A stretch of DNA of 64,000 bases from an uncultured delta proteobacterium (GCA_963798485.1 CAWCTR010000008.1:32001-96000); one strand, 5' to 3'. Shown: positions 31,793 through 42,264, counted from the first letter of the stretch. Notes: a model not told the origin generated them from the letters alone. A program made the numbers and translations.

Positions 31793-32134
31793 CTATTTTT
31801 TGAATGAATTTGCCATATATTCGGTTATGGCTTTGATCTCATCAGGTTTTAAGGCAATAGGCTGCATGATGCCAGATCCTTTTGTGATGGCTTTGGCAAT
31901 CTCAGTGTCGGTGTTTTTCTTCCAGAAGTTTGATTTTGTAAAATTGGTCGGCTTTGGTTTGAGCGCAGGTGCTGCCTGACCTTTCCCATCACCGTTTACG
32001 CCATGGCAAACCTTGCAGTTATTGTTATAAAGATCTTTTCCATTGTCAGTCTTATCTGCCGCCCTTGATAAGCCCTGTAAGGCAAGCATTGATAAGAACA
32101 ATACCACTATTGAAAATATCATAAGTTTTTTCAT
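31793..32134 (-). CDS. Periplasmic monoheme class I cytochrome c
   Basis: Signal peptide, CKVCH, PKPTNF, distal Met in GIMQP. Confidence 0.9.
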   Translation of the reverse strand: MKKLMIFSIVVLFLSMLALQGLSRAADKTDNGKDLYNNNCKVCHGVNGDGKGQAAPALKPKPTNFTKSNFWKKNTDTEIAKAITKGSGIMQPIALKPDEIKAITEYMANSFKK

Positions 32135-32285
32135 AACATCACCTTTCATTTTTTAATATGAAATGGAATCTAACCCAATATATCAAACTCTACAACAGGT
32201 TTATTATAAGAATTTTAAAATATCTCATTATCTATATCTATTAGATATAACCTCATGATCACAATTATCAAGTAATGAATATTAG

Positions 32286-32570
32286 ATAGTTAATCATTCT
32301 GCGGAGGAAATACTGGTAGGTGAAAAGATATTTGAAGCAAATTGCAGAAGCTGCCACCCCCAAGGTGGAAACATCATCAACCCCAAACTCTCTTTACGGA
32401 ATTCGCCACAGCTGGCAGATCTCAATGCTTTCATTGCCTACAATCGCAATCCGAAGCAGCCTGACGGATCAAAAGGCATAATGCCGCCATACCCTCCCGA
32501 TAAGATATCGGACCAGCAGATGAGAGATCTGTATAACTATAGTAAAGCCGGTTTTGGGAACAAGCCATAG
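32286..32570 (+). pseudogene. Cytochrome c6-like domain lacking start codon and signal peptide (not in ORF track)
   Basis: GEKIFEANCRSCHPQGGNIINP...GIMPPY...ISDQQMRDLYNY; in-frame TAG at 32283. Confidence 0.78.
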
Positions 32571-32814
32571 TTAATGAAATAACAACAAACATTTTCCCGT
32601 GCATTTGCGCATGTCTACGACAGCCTACAGCCGCCGCTGATACCTATTGTTTTGCCGTTGCGCACAGCTACGCATTATATGTTAGAATACGCACTACAAC
32701 TTAAGAGTGCAGCGGAGGCGCTGGAATGGGCAGCTTGGTCTTTTGAGGTTACTCCCATGCCAAGGTAGTAATGGGCAACCCTGCTCTCACCACCAATCCA
32801 TGAGGAGATTTGAT

Positions 32815-34662
32815 ATGAAGCGAATATCTTTGAAATCAATCATCCGCACCTGGCTCTGGTTTGTAAATTTCAGTACCATGATTCGTCTGACCATGTGGTG
32901 GCTGTGGCCTCGGCGCAACCGGATCTTCTTTATCTTTGAAGGCCGGGAGTACACCTATCGCGAGGTCTACCGGCAAGCCGAGCAATATGCCAATTTCTTC
33001 CTCGCCGAGCGCAAGAGGCTGCTTGATAGTGGGAAGTTGGGCCTGAACGAGCGCTTCGCGCTGGGTATTTACATGGAAAACACCCCGGAATTTATTTTTG
33101 CGGCCCTGGGGGCCGGACTCAGCAATTCGATCCTTTTCGCCATCAACACCGGTTTCCGTGGCGAGATCCTGGCAAAGGTCATCAACCAGGCGAACATTAC
33201 GCGCCTGATCATGAATGCGAGCACGGCCGTGGAGGTGGAGCGCGTTATGGGCGAGGTGTCCGTGCTCGGGCCTGCGGATATTCTGTATGTCGGCGGGGGG
33301 AGCGAGATCGCAGGCAAGGGCTATCGGGACATGGAACGCTCTGTTGCCAATGCCGAGCCCGACGTCCCGCGGAGCTACCGGGTGCCTATCGACAATTTCA
33401 GCCCGGTGATCGTCATCTACACCTCAGGCACGACCGGTATGCCCAAAGGGGTTCCGTGTACGCATATCAAGCTCGTGGGTGCGGGGTTCGTCGTACGAAA
33501 CGACACCAAGCTCACGAAAAAAGACCGCGGGTACATCTCCATGCCGCTCTTCCACTCGAATGCCTGGTACGTCGGCATCCTGTCGCAATTGGTCGCGGGC
33601 GGGAGCTTTGTGCTCAAGCGCCGTTTCGGGGCCCGCGCCTTTGAAGAAGACATGCTGGACTATGGGGTGACCTTCCTGAATTATGTCGGCCAGCCGCTGC
33701 ACTACATCCTGGATGCACTGGAAAAGAAATACGGCGGTAGCGAGGCGGTGGAGAAGGCCCTGGCGACGCATCCGAAGAACAAGTTCCGGATCGCGTACGG
33801 CAACGGGGCCTCGGCAGTGGACCGGAAAAAACTTATGCGTTACCTCGGCATGGAGCACATCTATGAGATCTATGGATCGACCGAGGCGGTCATCACCACG
33901 GCCAACCGGCCCGGCGACCCCATCGAATCCGTGGGCCGGGTGGATAAATCCATCCTGATCCTGGATGAAAAGGACCGGGAATGCCCCCCGGGGATCGCGG
34001 ATGCAAACGGCAGGCTCACCAACTATGACCAGGCGGTGGGTGAGATATGCCGCAAGGTCGGCGACAACAACCTCAGGTTTGAGGGCTACTTCGGTAATGC
34101 CCAGGCCACCACGCAAAAATTCCGGGGCGGCATCTACCATTCCGGGGATATCGGCCATATCCGGGTCGCGGGCAACAAGCGCTATCTGTATTTCAACGGC
34201 CGCACCGACGACTGGATCCGCAAGGACGGCGAGAATTTTTCGGCCGAGAATGTCTTGCAGTATGCCCAGGAGATGCCCGGTGTGGATTCCGCCATCGCCT
34301 ACGGCGCACCCTGTGATGTCTCGGATGAGAAGGTCATGGTTGCGGTCCAACTCAAGAAAGGTGAGGAATTCTGCCCGGATGCGGTCTATGATTGGTTGAT
34401 CCGGCAACAGAAAGAGGGTGGTATGGATCCGAAATGGATGCCTGACTTTATCCGCGTCATCGAGAGTTTCCCCGTGACCGATACCCATAAGATAGTGGTA
34501 CGTCCCTATAAACGGGAGCACTACAATATCGAGAACAACCCTGCGATGCAGATCTATTACCGTGCCAAGGGGGACACCACCTATCACCCGCTGACACTTG
34601 AAAAGTACCAGGCCATGAAGACCTGCTTCATCAACAACGGCCGCGATTCCCTGCTGGGTTAG
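32815..34662 (+). CDS. Long-chain acyl-CoA synthetase (FATP/FadD17-like)
   Basis: YTSGTTGMPKG, PLFHSNA, YGSTE, SGD, GRTDDWIRKDGEN. Confidence 0.9.
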   Translation: MKRISLKSIIRTWLWFVNFSTMIRLTMWWLWPRRNRIFFIFEGREYTYREVYRQAEQYANFFLAERKRLLDSGKLGLNERFALGIYMENTPEFIFAALGAGLSNSILFAINTGFRGEILAKVINQANITRLIMNASTAVEVERVMGEVSVLGPADILYVGGGSEIAGKGYRDMERSVANAEPDVPRSYRVPIDNFSPVIVIYTSGTTGMPKGVPCTHIKLVGAGFVVRNDTKLTKKDRGYISMPLFHSNAWYVGILSQLVAGGSFVLKRRFGARAFEEDMLDYGVTFLNYVGQPLHYILDALEKKYGGSEAVEKALATHPKNKFRIAYGNGASAVDRKKLMRYLGMEHIYEIYGSTEAVITTANRPGDPIESVGRVDKSILILDEKDRECPPGIADANGRLTNYDQAVGEICRKVGDNNLRFEGYFGNAQATTQKFRGGIYHSGDIGHIRVAGNKRYLYFNGRTDDWIRKDGENFSAENVLQYAQEMPGVDSAIAYGAPCDVSDEKVMVAVQLKKGEEFCPDAVYDWLIRQQKEGGMDPKWMPDFIRVIESFPVTDTHKIVVRPYKREHYNIENNPAMQIYYRAKGDTTYHPLTLEKYQAMKTCFINNGRDSLLG

Positions 34663-34725
34663 GGGCGCATAAAGGGGGAGAGGGACAGCCCCTCATTATA
34701 TTAATGTTCGGCTATCGAGAGAACC

Positions 34726-37407
34726 TTAATACCGCTTGTTTCTGTCTTTAACGTGTGTCCCCGGATCCGCTTTCTCCTTGCTCATCAACTTAACACGGGG
34801 AAGCCCTTCATCAAGGTTAAGGATTCTCTCGGTTCCGGCCGTGTCGGCCATCTCAACGAAATCTTCCGCAACCTCTCTCTTAAATCCGAGCTCGGGCAGA
34901 TAAATGTCAAAAGTGGTTCCTTGTCCCGGAGCGCTCTTACAGCTGATTGCGCCTCCATGGCTTTTCACAATCCCATGAACAATCGACAACCCCAGACCCG
35001 TACCATGGCCTTTCCACTTGGTGGTAAAATAGGGGTCAAAGATTCGCGCCATAACCTTTGAGGTCATTCCATGACCGGTATCCCTAACCGTCATCCTGAG
35101 ATAAGGTCCGGGCGGTACATCCAGATTAAGGGCGGCATCACTGTCGATAAAAGCTCTCTGAAGGCTCACTTCCAATTCCCCTCCGGTCTCACCCATAGCA
35201 TGGGCTGCATTGGTACAAAGGTTCGTCATAACCAGGTGGATCTGAGCCGGATCTCCCAGGACCTGTCCTGAAGGTTCAAGCATCTCACGAATCTTGATGT
35301 TCGAGGGTAATGACGGCCGCAACATTTTGAGCGATTCCCGTATGACAGGATCGAGCACGAGCGGGACATATTCTTTTTCAGCATGCCGGCTGAAGGCAAG
35401 GATCTGATTGACAAGGTCTCTCGCCCGGATAGCCGCCTTACGCACTTCATTGAGGTCGCCGTGTACTACGTTTAAGTCTTTATCCCCCCTCGTCAGGCCC
35501 ATAATATCTTTCATCGACATCTTGGTGTAGCCGAGAATGGTTGTCAGAATGTTATTGAAATCATGGGCTATACCGCCTGAGAGTGTTCCGATAGACTCCA
35601 TTTTCTTTGTTTGAATCTCCAGCCTCTTCTTCTGTTCTTCTATCTCTTTAAGAGCGGTAATATCGGTCATTACCATGACCATACAGTCTTCTCCACTGTA
35701 GTGCACCGGCCTGGCAGATACGAGGGTATCTAAAATAATCCCACCTTTTGACCGGCACTGGCACTCCAGGCTATCAACCAATTCGTCGTTTTTTATGAGC
35801 TTAATATAATAATCAAAATCTTCGGAACTCACAGGCAGATTCAGGTCAAGAGGCGTTTTCCCGATGGTTTCTTCAAGGGAATATCCGGTTATCTTGCAGA
35901 ATGTATCATTTACATAGAGATAGCGTATATCTTTGATTTTTATAATACTCACGGCATCCGGCATGCTCTGAAGGGTGATACGGTATCTTTCCTCGCTTTC
36001 CTGCAAAGAATTTTCCATCTCGATACGCTTGGTGATATCTCTGACCACCGTGATCATCGCGACAACGCGGCCATCACGAATGACCGGAACACCGTTTGAC
36101 TCCCCAAATTTCACTTCCCCGTCTTTGGTGATAAACCGGTAAATGTTGGTATAGACTGTCTTCCCCGAGAGCACATGCAGGGCATTCTCAAAGGCATCAC
36201 CCACGTCATCGGGATGCACGAGCATCGTGAGATCTTGAAAGTGCTTCCCGATCAGTTCCTCGGGCTTGTACCCAAGTGCCCTCTCTACGTTCGGAGAGAC
36301 GCTCAGGACCTTGAACTGGCTATCGTATGAGAACATAACATCATCGGTGAGGGAGAAATAGCTGCGGTATTTTTCATCACTCTTCTGCAACGTTTTCTCT
36401 ATATGTTTACGCTCCTCAATTTCCTGCTTGAGCTTCTCATTTACCTTCGTGAGTTTCAGTGTACGATCTTTGACCAAGTCTTCCAGATGGTCACGATGGC
36501 TCTTAAGTTCTTCCTCAGCCCGCCTGCGCTCGGTGATATCACGTACGATTGCCCACATACCGGTGGGTTTCCCGATATCGTCCTTGAGGAGGAACATCCT
36601 CAACTCCACAGGGAAGACCGTACCATCTTCCTTGCGGTATTCCTTTTCATAGATATCCGAATACCCCCTTTGAAGAACCTGTTTTTCAACGATGGCGGCT
36701 TCAAGCGCATGCCATTTCTCAGGGGTAAGGTCGGAATAGGTCCGCGCGCTGATCTCTTCCGGCTTATAGCCGAGCATATTCCTGTACGTTTCATTATATT
36801 CCTTTACCTGACCGTCCATATCAGTACTGACAAAGGCATCCATCATACTGTCATATAATCGGCGATACTTGGCCTCCGAAGCCCTTAGCGCCTCCTCAGC
36901 CTGTTTGCGCTCGGAAATATCGCGGGTAATCCCCATAATGCCTTTGATCCAGCCTTTTTCATTGTAAAGAAGGTTCAGCGTAACCTCTGTCCAAACTTTC
37001 GAGCCATCCTTCCGGAACATCTCAAGCTCGATGGTCTTTGACCAGTCAGGACCATGCCGCTGTCCAGCCGCCTCAAGGAAACGTTCTTTTGCAAATATCT
37101 CCATTGCCTTTGTGTAGGAATCAGGCGTGAGTACTTCATTAAGCCTAAGTTTCATGGCCTCTTCAACAGTATATCCCCTGAGATGTTTGACTGATGGGCT
37201 CACATAGGTGTAGCCGAAGTTGAGGTCGAAGACCCAGATCAAATCATGGGCATTCTCGGCAAGGATTCGGTAGCGCTCTTCGCTCCCTTTGATAGCCTCT
37301 TCCATGCATTTGCCCTCATAAACCGAATTTTCCAGTTCAGCGATGCGCCGGCGTGCCTCTGATAACTCTTCAATGAACTGCTGGCTTGTCGTAATGTCAT
37401 CTTTCAT
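34726..37407 (-). CDS. Cytoplasmic multi-PAS (4) sensor histidine kinase with receiver-domain stub
   Basis: Four PAS/PAC repeats ending RDIT/S; GIAHDFNN H-box; NLCTNA, DTGHG, FTTK, GTGLGL. Confidence 0.92.
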   Translation of the reverse strand: MKDDITTSQQFIEELSEARRRIAELENSVYEGKCMEEAIKGSEERYRILAENAHDLIWVFDLNFGYTYVSPSVKHLRGYTVEEAMKLRLNEVLTPDSYTKAMEIFAKERFLEAAGQRHGPDWSKTIELEMFRKDGSKVWTEVTLNLLYNEKGWIKGIMGITRDISERKQAEEALRASEAKYRRLYDSMMDAFVSTDMDGQVKEYNETYRNMLGYKPEEISARTYSDLTPEKWHALEAAIVEKQVLQRGYSDIYEKEYRKEDGTVFPVELRMFLLKDDIGKPTGMWAIVRDITERRRAEEELKSHRDHLEDLVKDRTLKLTKVNEKLKQEIEERKHIEKTLQKSDEKYRSYFSLTDDVMFSYDSQFKVLSVSPNVERALGYKPEELIGKHFQDLTMLVHPDDVGDAFENALHVLSGKTVYTNIYRFITKDGEVKFGESNGVPVIRDGRVVAMITVVRDITKRIEMENSLQESEERYRITLQSMPDAVSIIKIKDIRYLYVNDTFCKITGYSLEETIGKTPLDLNLPVSSEDFDYYIKLIKNDELVDSLECQCRSKGGIILDTLVSARPVHYSGEDCMVMVMTDITALKEIEEQKKRLEIQTKKMESIGTLSGGIAHDFNNILTTILGYTKMSMKDIMGLTRGDKDLNVVHGDLNEVRKAAIRARDLVNQILAFSRHAEKEYVPLVLDPVIRESLKMLRPSLPSNIKIREMLEPSGQVLGDPAQIHLVMTNLCTNAAHAMGETGGELEVSLQRAFIDSDAALNLDVPPGPYLRMTVRDTGHGMTSKVMARIFDPYFTTKWKGHGTGLGLSIVHGIVKSHGGAISCKSAPGQGTTFDIYLPELGFKREVAEDFVEMADTAGTERILNLDEGLPRVKLMSKEKADPGTHVKDRNKRY

Positions 37408-37655
37408 ATCATCCCCATGTAAAATCATTGAGCACTCATGATTATAATAACAATATAATTAAATTGTGGACCGATGCAATGATATATGAATAACGGACCT
37501 ATTAAAATCTTCGATTTCCCCGTTTATCGCCATAAAAAGGCACTTGTGTTGATAAAGAATCCATGTATGATCATAACAAGTAATACCTTTTAATATACGC
37601 ACCAGGGGGTAGGATAATTTAGATACCATATCATTCACGATAGGGGGGGTATACA

Positions 37656-39761
37656 ATGGGCATTGATGTTCATAGCGGGGAAGAACTCCGGAAAAATTCT
37701 TTACTTGATAACCCTTACCTTATCCCTTTCAGGCGATCGGACCTCAAGCGATCCCCATTTTTCTCGTCCGGCATTGATCAAAAACAATTCGTGAATGCAA
37801 TGAATTTCAGGAACTTTGTTGACGATCAGATTTTTGCACACATGATCTTCCCTCATACCAAAGAGGAGTTTCTCTTCAAGGTAATCCCGGGGCCATGCAC
37901 CGGAAGCGAGGTAACTTTCTCGCTTCCGGAAGGATCCATCCAAGACTTTGAAGACTTCATTTTCAAGGGCCTCCTGGTGGACAACGGAAAGTCCGTGATA
38001 ATGATGCAGGCGGACCCTCTTTTTGTCACATCCCGTCTTTTGGCTGTCAAGCTTCGGAAGACAGGCGTCATATATCAGGCCCGTCATGCCGGAAGGCATC
38101 TGTGCCAAAATGTGAATGCACGGGTCAGTCATGATGACATCGAATATGCCGGGGCCCTTTACGAGTTTAATCCTGCAGGGCTGCGGATCGAATTGAAAGG
38201 CATCCCATGGACGTCTTCCGGGTCCCAGGCCTCAGCCGAGCCCATTAAAGTAGATCTTATGCGCGGTGGCAGGCTGATATTTTCGGGTATGTCAAAACTC
38301 ATCCGTACCGAGAACCAGGGCAAAACCATTGTTCTCACACCCCTGAACATCCCCCAGAAAAAAAACGGCGGGCGGAAAAACCGTAATCCGCGCCTGAATC
38401 TTGTTCCAAGCCCTGAGGTGAAATTCACGCATCCTCTGACAGGGATGAGGGTATCCTACGACATAGTCGACATCAACTCTTCGGGCTTCTCCGTGATGGT
38501 GGAATCAGACTCGTCGCTCCTTATGCCGGGCATGATTATTGAAGAAGCCTTCATAGACTTTGCAGGCGGCCTCAACCTGAAGTGCCCGGTCAAGGTCGTC
38601 TATGGGGAAAAGAAGAAAAAGAACTGCATCCAGTACGGTTTTCTGATCACTGATATCGATGTCGCTTCCTACAATCAGCTGTTCAACGTTATATCAAGGG
38701 CCGACGACCCCTATGCGCGGGTATCTTATGACGTGGATATGGCATCCTTATGGAACTTCTTTTTCGAGTCCGGGTTTATATACCCGGAGAGATACACGGG
38801 CATCGCCCAGTATAAAGACGATTTTAAAGAAACATATAAAAAATTGTACCATCAATGTCCTGATATATTCGCGAACTTGACGTATGAGCGCAACGGTGTG
38901 ATCTATGGCCACGTTTCCCTGATCAAGGCATATGAAAGGTCATGGCTGGTCAACCACCTTGCCACCAAGGACATCGGTATGAAAATTACCGGGCACTATG
39001 TCCTGAAACAAATACTCAACTATCTCGACAGCATCACCCGGATGCCGTCAATCGGCATGGATTATATGATCATCTATTTCCCCCCTGAAAACCGTTTTCC
39101 CAATAATTTTTTCAGCAACGCCTACAGGGCGGTGAACAACCCTTCGCACCTCTCCATGGACACGTTTGCCTATCTGAACATAGACCTGCCCCAATCAATT
39201 CCCGACCTGCCCAAGGGCTGGACGGTGAGTGAGAGCTCCCCCAAAGACATCCTTAATCTTGGCGCCGCATACAAGCAGCTCTCCGACGGCATCCTGGTGG
39301 ATGCCTTAGGTCTCGATTCACAGAAACGCACCGGGGAATCCATCGGGGAAACTTATAAAAAATACGGGCTCAGCAGGATATGCAGTTCATATACCTTGTT
39401 CCATGACAACAATCCCCAGGCATACTTTGTAGTCGACCAGAGCGACAGGGGCGTTAATCTTTCCGATCTGATCAACAGTATTAAGGTTATTGTGCCTCAA
39501 AGCAGCTCTGTCCCATGGTATGTGCTCCATGCAGCCATCTGTGAGTGCGGCAAAGATTACGATATAAAGACGATAACGGTACAGATCTTCCCTTGCGAAT
39601 ACATGGACAGGGCAGGTGTCCCGTATAAGAAACGTCATGTAATATGGGTGCTGGACACCCACTATCTGAACGCCAACATCGATATCATAAAGAATATGGC
39701 CCGGATCAATCCTGCCCAATACCTGAAAGGTGTCGTCAGCAGTTTTATCAGGGGCGGCTGA
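37656..39761 (+). CDS. PilZ-like domain protein with large C-terminal domain
   Basis: RHAGR...EFNPAG and RNPR...DINSSGFSV...YGF degenerate PilZ motifs. Confidence 0.65.
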   Translation: MGIDVHSGEELRKNSLLDNPYLIPFRRSDLKRSPFFSSGIDQKQFVNAMNFRNFVDDQIFAHMIFPHTKEEFLFKVIPGPCTGSEVTFSLPEGSIQDFEDFIFKGLLVDNGKSVIMMQADPLFVTSRLLAVKLRKTGVIYQARHAGRHLCQNVNARVSHDDIEYAGALYEFNPAGLRIELKGIPWTSSGSQASAEPIKVDLMRGGRLIFSGMSKLIRTENQGKTIVLTPLNIPQKKNGGRKNRNPRLNLVPSPEVKFTHPLTGMRVSYDIVDINSSGFSVMVESDSSLLMPGMIIEEAFIDFAGGLNLKCPVKVVYGEKKKKNCIQYGFLITDIDVASYNQLFNVISRADDPYARVSYDVDMASLWNFFFESGFIYPERYTGIAQYKDDFKETYKKLYHQCPDIFANLTYERNGVIYGHVSLIKAYERSWLVNHLATKDIGMKITGHYVLKQILNYLDSITRMPSIGMDYMIIYFPPENRFPNNFFSNAYRAVNNPSHLSMDTFAYLNIDLPQSIPDLPKGWTVSESSPKDILNLGAAYKQLSDGILVDALGLDSQKRTGESIGETYKKYGLSRICSSYTLFHDNNPQAYFVVDQSDRGVNLSDLINSIKVIVPQSSSVPWYVLHAAICECGKDYDIKTITVQIFPCEYMDRAGVPYKKRHVIWVLDTHYLNANIDIIKNMARINPAQYLKGVVSSFIRGG

Positions 39762-40251
39762 GGGCCCGGCAATCATTTAAATCACAGAGATTTCTACTTT
39801 TGTTTGAGTAAGGTGTTCTTATAGAACGATATACAGTACCTCTCTACGTAGCGTGTCGAGATCTCCGAATGATAGCTTCAGTATTAACTGACTAGAGATA
39901 ACCTCACGAAAGCATAACTTTTTGAACCGAGCCATAATTCAAGGTTTCGTGCCAGTATCGTCATTCCAGACATGGAACTCAAACAACATAGATATCATCA
40001 GCAGATCTTCAGTTTCAAAATATATTAAAACCTGAACATTTATCGCAGGAATCAACGATCCAGCAAATGATCTCATATTTATGATTATACTGTAGAGAAT
40101 TCTCAGGTCTTGTAATCCAACCATAATGCTATATAATTAAAACAATGGCTCTTTCCTCCTTTGTGATTTCCTATTCATCCAGAGAGCCCTTTGTTTTGGC
40201 ATTCTGAGTTACAGTATCATTGTTTATTATCGAAAGTGATAAGGAGAAACA

Positions 40252-41037
40252 ATGCACATAGAATTAATAAGGCACAAACCAGTGAATGAAGTAAAATCAA
40301 CTCCGATATTGTTTGTTCATGGAGCATGGCATGGCGCTTGGTGCTGGGAAGAACATTTTTTGCCTTACTTTGCTGATCATGGATACGATTCATACGCTCT
40401 AAGTCTTCGTGGCCATGGAAATAGCGAAGGACGTGAAGGTCTACGTTGGTGGAGTATTTCTGATTACGTGGATGATGTTTCTCAAGTCATTACTCAACTG
40501 CCTAATGTTCCAATTTTAGTGGGACATTCAATGGGTGGACTCATTGTTCAAAAATACTTGCAGTTTCATAGAGTTCCTTTAGCAGTATTGTTGGCGCCGG
40601 TCCCAACTACAGGAGTGATGAAGACAACATTAAGAATAGCCAGTCGACATTTTTCAATTTTGTTAAAGGTATTCTCCTCATTTAGCCTATATCCAGTAAT
40701 TGCTACTCCAAATTTAGCTCGCGAAGCTTTCTTCTCATCCGATATTTCTGAGGATAAGCTGGATAAGTACTTCAAACAGTTACAAGATGAATCATTTAGA
40801 GGGTTTTTAGATATGACCTTCTGTTTGCCAAGGCCCAAAAAGGTTTATGATCCTATATTATTGGTCGGTGCTCAAGATGATAATATTTTCTCAACAAAGC
40901 AGATGGATGCGACAGCTAGAGCTTATCACAGTAAAGCTGTGATATTCAATAATATGGCCCATGATATGATGCTTGAAAAGGATTGGCAAGATGTCGCAGA
41001 TCATATCCTTGACTGGTTGAAAGCCCAAAAGTTTTAA
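40252..41037 (+). CDS. Alpha/beta hydrolase (esterase/lysophospholipase-like)
   Basis: HGAWHG, LRGHG.S, GHSMGG, AHDMML. Confidence 0.9.
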   Translation: MHIELIRHKPVNEVKSTPILFVHGAWHGAWCWEEHFLPYFADHGYDSYALSLRGHGNSEGREGLRWWSISDYVDDVSQVITQLPNVPILVGHSMGGLIVQKYLQFHRVPLAVLLAPVPTTGVMKTTLRIASRHFSILLKVFSSFSLYPVIATPNLAREAFFSSDISEDKLDKYFKQLQDESFRGFLDMTFCLPRPKKVYDPILLVGAQDDNIFSTKQMDATARAYHSKAVIFNNMAHDMMLEKDWQDVADHILDWLKAQKF

Positions 41038-41183
41038 AACCAGAGACAAACTCAGTGATGATTTCGTTCCAGGATCGGCACTCAGCGCTTGTAGCCTGAA
41101 TATCATAGATTTGAAAACGAAATGTTCAGTTTTCAGCCTTCTCAAAACCGTGATGAAATCGCAGAGATCTACGGTTTCATAAA

Positions 41184-41211
41184 AAGGCAGAGCCACAATT
41201 GACTCTGCCTT
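41184..41211. terminator. Hairpin, probable terminator
   Basis: aaggcagagcca-caat-tgactctgcctt. Confidence 0.5.
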
Positions 41212-41283
41212 AAATTATTCATAGGATCTATCAGGTCAAGAGGGTATTGCGTGTGCCATTATCAAAGGAGATAGAATATATTT

Positions 41284-42264
41284 ATGAAACCAGAATTAGT
41301 TCTCAGCTTATGTATGAAATTTATGGAATCAAGGATCCTACTAACTGCTACTGAACTTGATATATTCAGTCTCTTAACACATCCGATGTATGCCCGGGAA
41401 ATTGCGGATAAAACACAGGCCACCTTGCGCGGTGTCACGATATTACTTGATGCGCTTGTGTCTATAGGCTTACTCGAAAAGAAACAAACGAAATATTGTT
41501 GTTCACAGGAAGTATCCTCATTGTTATCGAAAGACTCACCGACTTCAATAGTACCAATGGTCATGCATACAGTTGGACTATGGAAAAGATGGTCAGATCT
41601 AACTGAGATCGTTCGACACGGTATACAAGAAACAAAACCTTTAGGACCTGCCAGGAGTGAAATCGAACAAGAGGCGTTCATTGGAGCCATGCATGCGATC
41701 GCATCCAGAATAGCCCCTGGTATCGTTGCAGCTATCAATCCTGGAGCAGCGAAAAATTTACTCGACATAGGTGGTGCATCAGGATCGTATACGCAAGCTT
41801 TTCTTGAGGTCTCCCCTGAAATGAGAGCGACAATATATGACTTACCTTCAGTTATTAACATGGCTCAAAAGCGTCTTGCTGCCACTGATTTTCATAATCG
41901 GATTACATACATTGCCGGCGATTTTTATTTAGATGAATTACCTGCAGGTTATGACCTTGTTCTCGTATCAGCTATCATTCACCAGAATAGTAATGAACAG
42001 AATATTGAACTGTACCGCAAGATTTATCGTTCTCTAATCTCAGGTGGAAGGCTTGTTATACGAGACCATGTCATGAGTCCTGATCATACCCATCCTACAA
42101 CGGGAGCCATTTTTGCTGTGAATATGCTGGTTGGGACCCTTGGTGGTTCCACCTACAGTTTTAAAGAAATCGATGAAGGACTTAAAACAGCTGGGTTTAC
42201 TAAAATCAGGCTTATTCAACCCGATAAGCACATGGATGGATTGGTGGAGGCATCTAAGATTTGA
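41284..42264 (+). CDS. SAM-dependent O-methyltransferase with dimerisation domain
   Basis: LLDIGGASG, YDLP, AGDF, GGRLVIRD. Confidence 0.88.
   Translation: MKPELVLSLCMKFMESRILLTATELDIFSLLTHPMYAREIADKTQATLRGVTILLDALVSIGLLEKKQTKYCCSQEVSSLLSKDSPTSIVPMVMHTVGLWKRWSDLTEIVRHGIQETKPLGPARSEIEQEAFIGAMHAIASRIAPGIVAAINPGAAKNLLDIGGASGSYTQAFLEVSPEMRATIYDLPSVINMAQKRLAATDFHNRITYIAGDFYLDELPAGYDLVLVSAIIHQNSNEQNIELYRKIYRSLISGGRLVIRDHVMSPDHTHPTTGAIFAVNMLVGTLGGSTYSFKEIDEGLKTAGFTKIRLIQPDKHMDGLVEASKI

Noticed and set aside
33424-34587. Long antisense ORFs (also 29093-29938, 51591-52529, 58000-58788)
   Set aside because: Shadows of well-supported genes on the opposite strand in GC-rich coding DNA; no motifs
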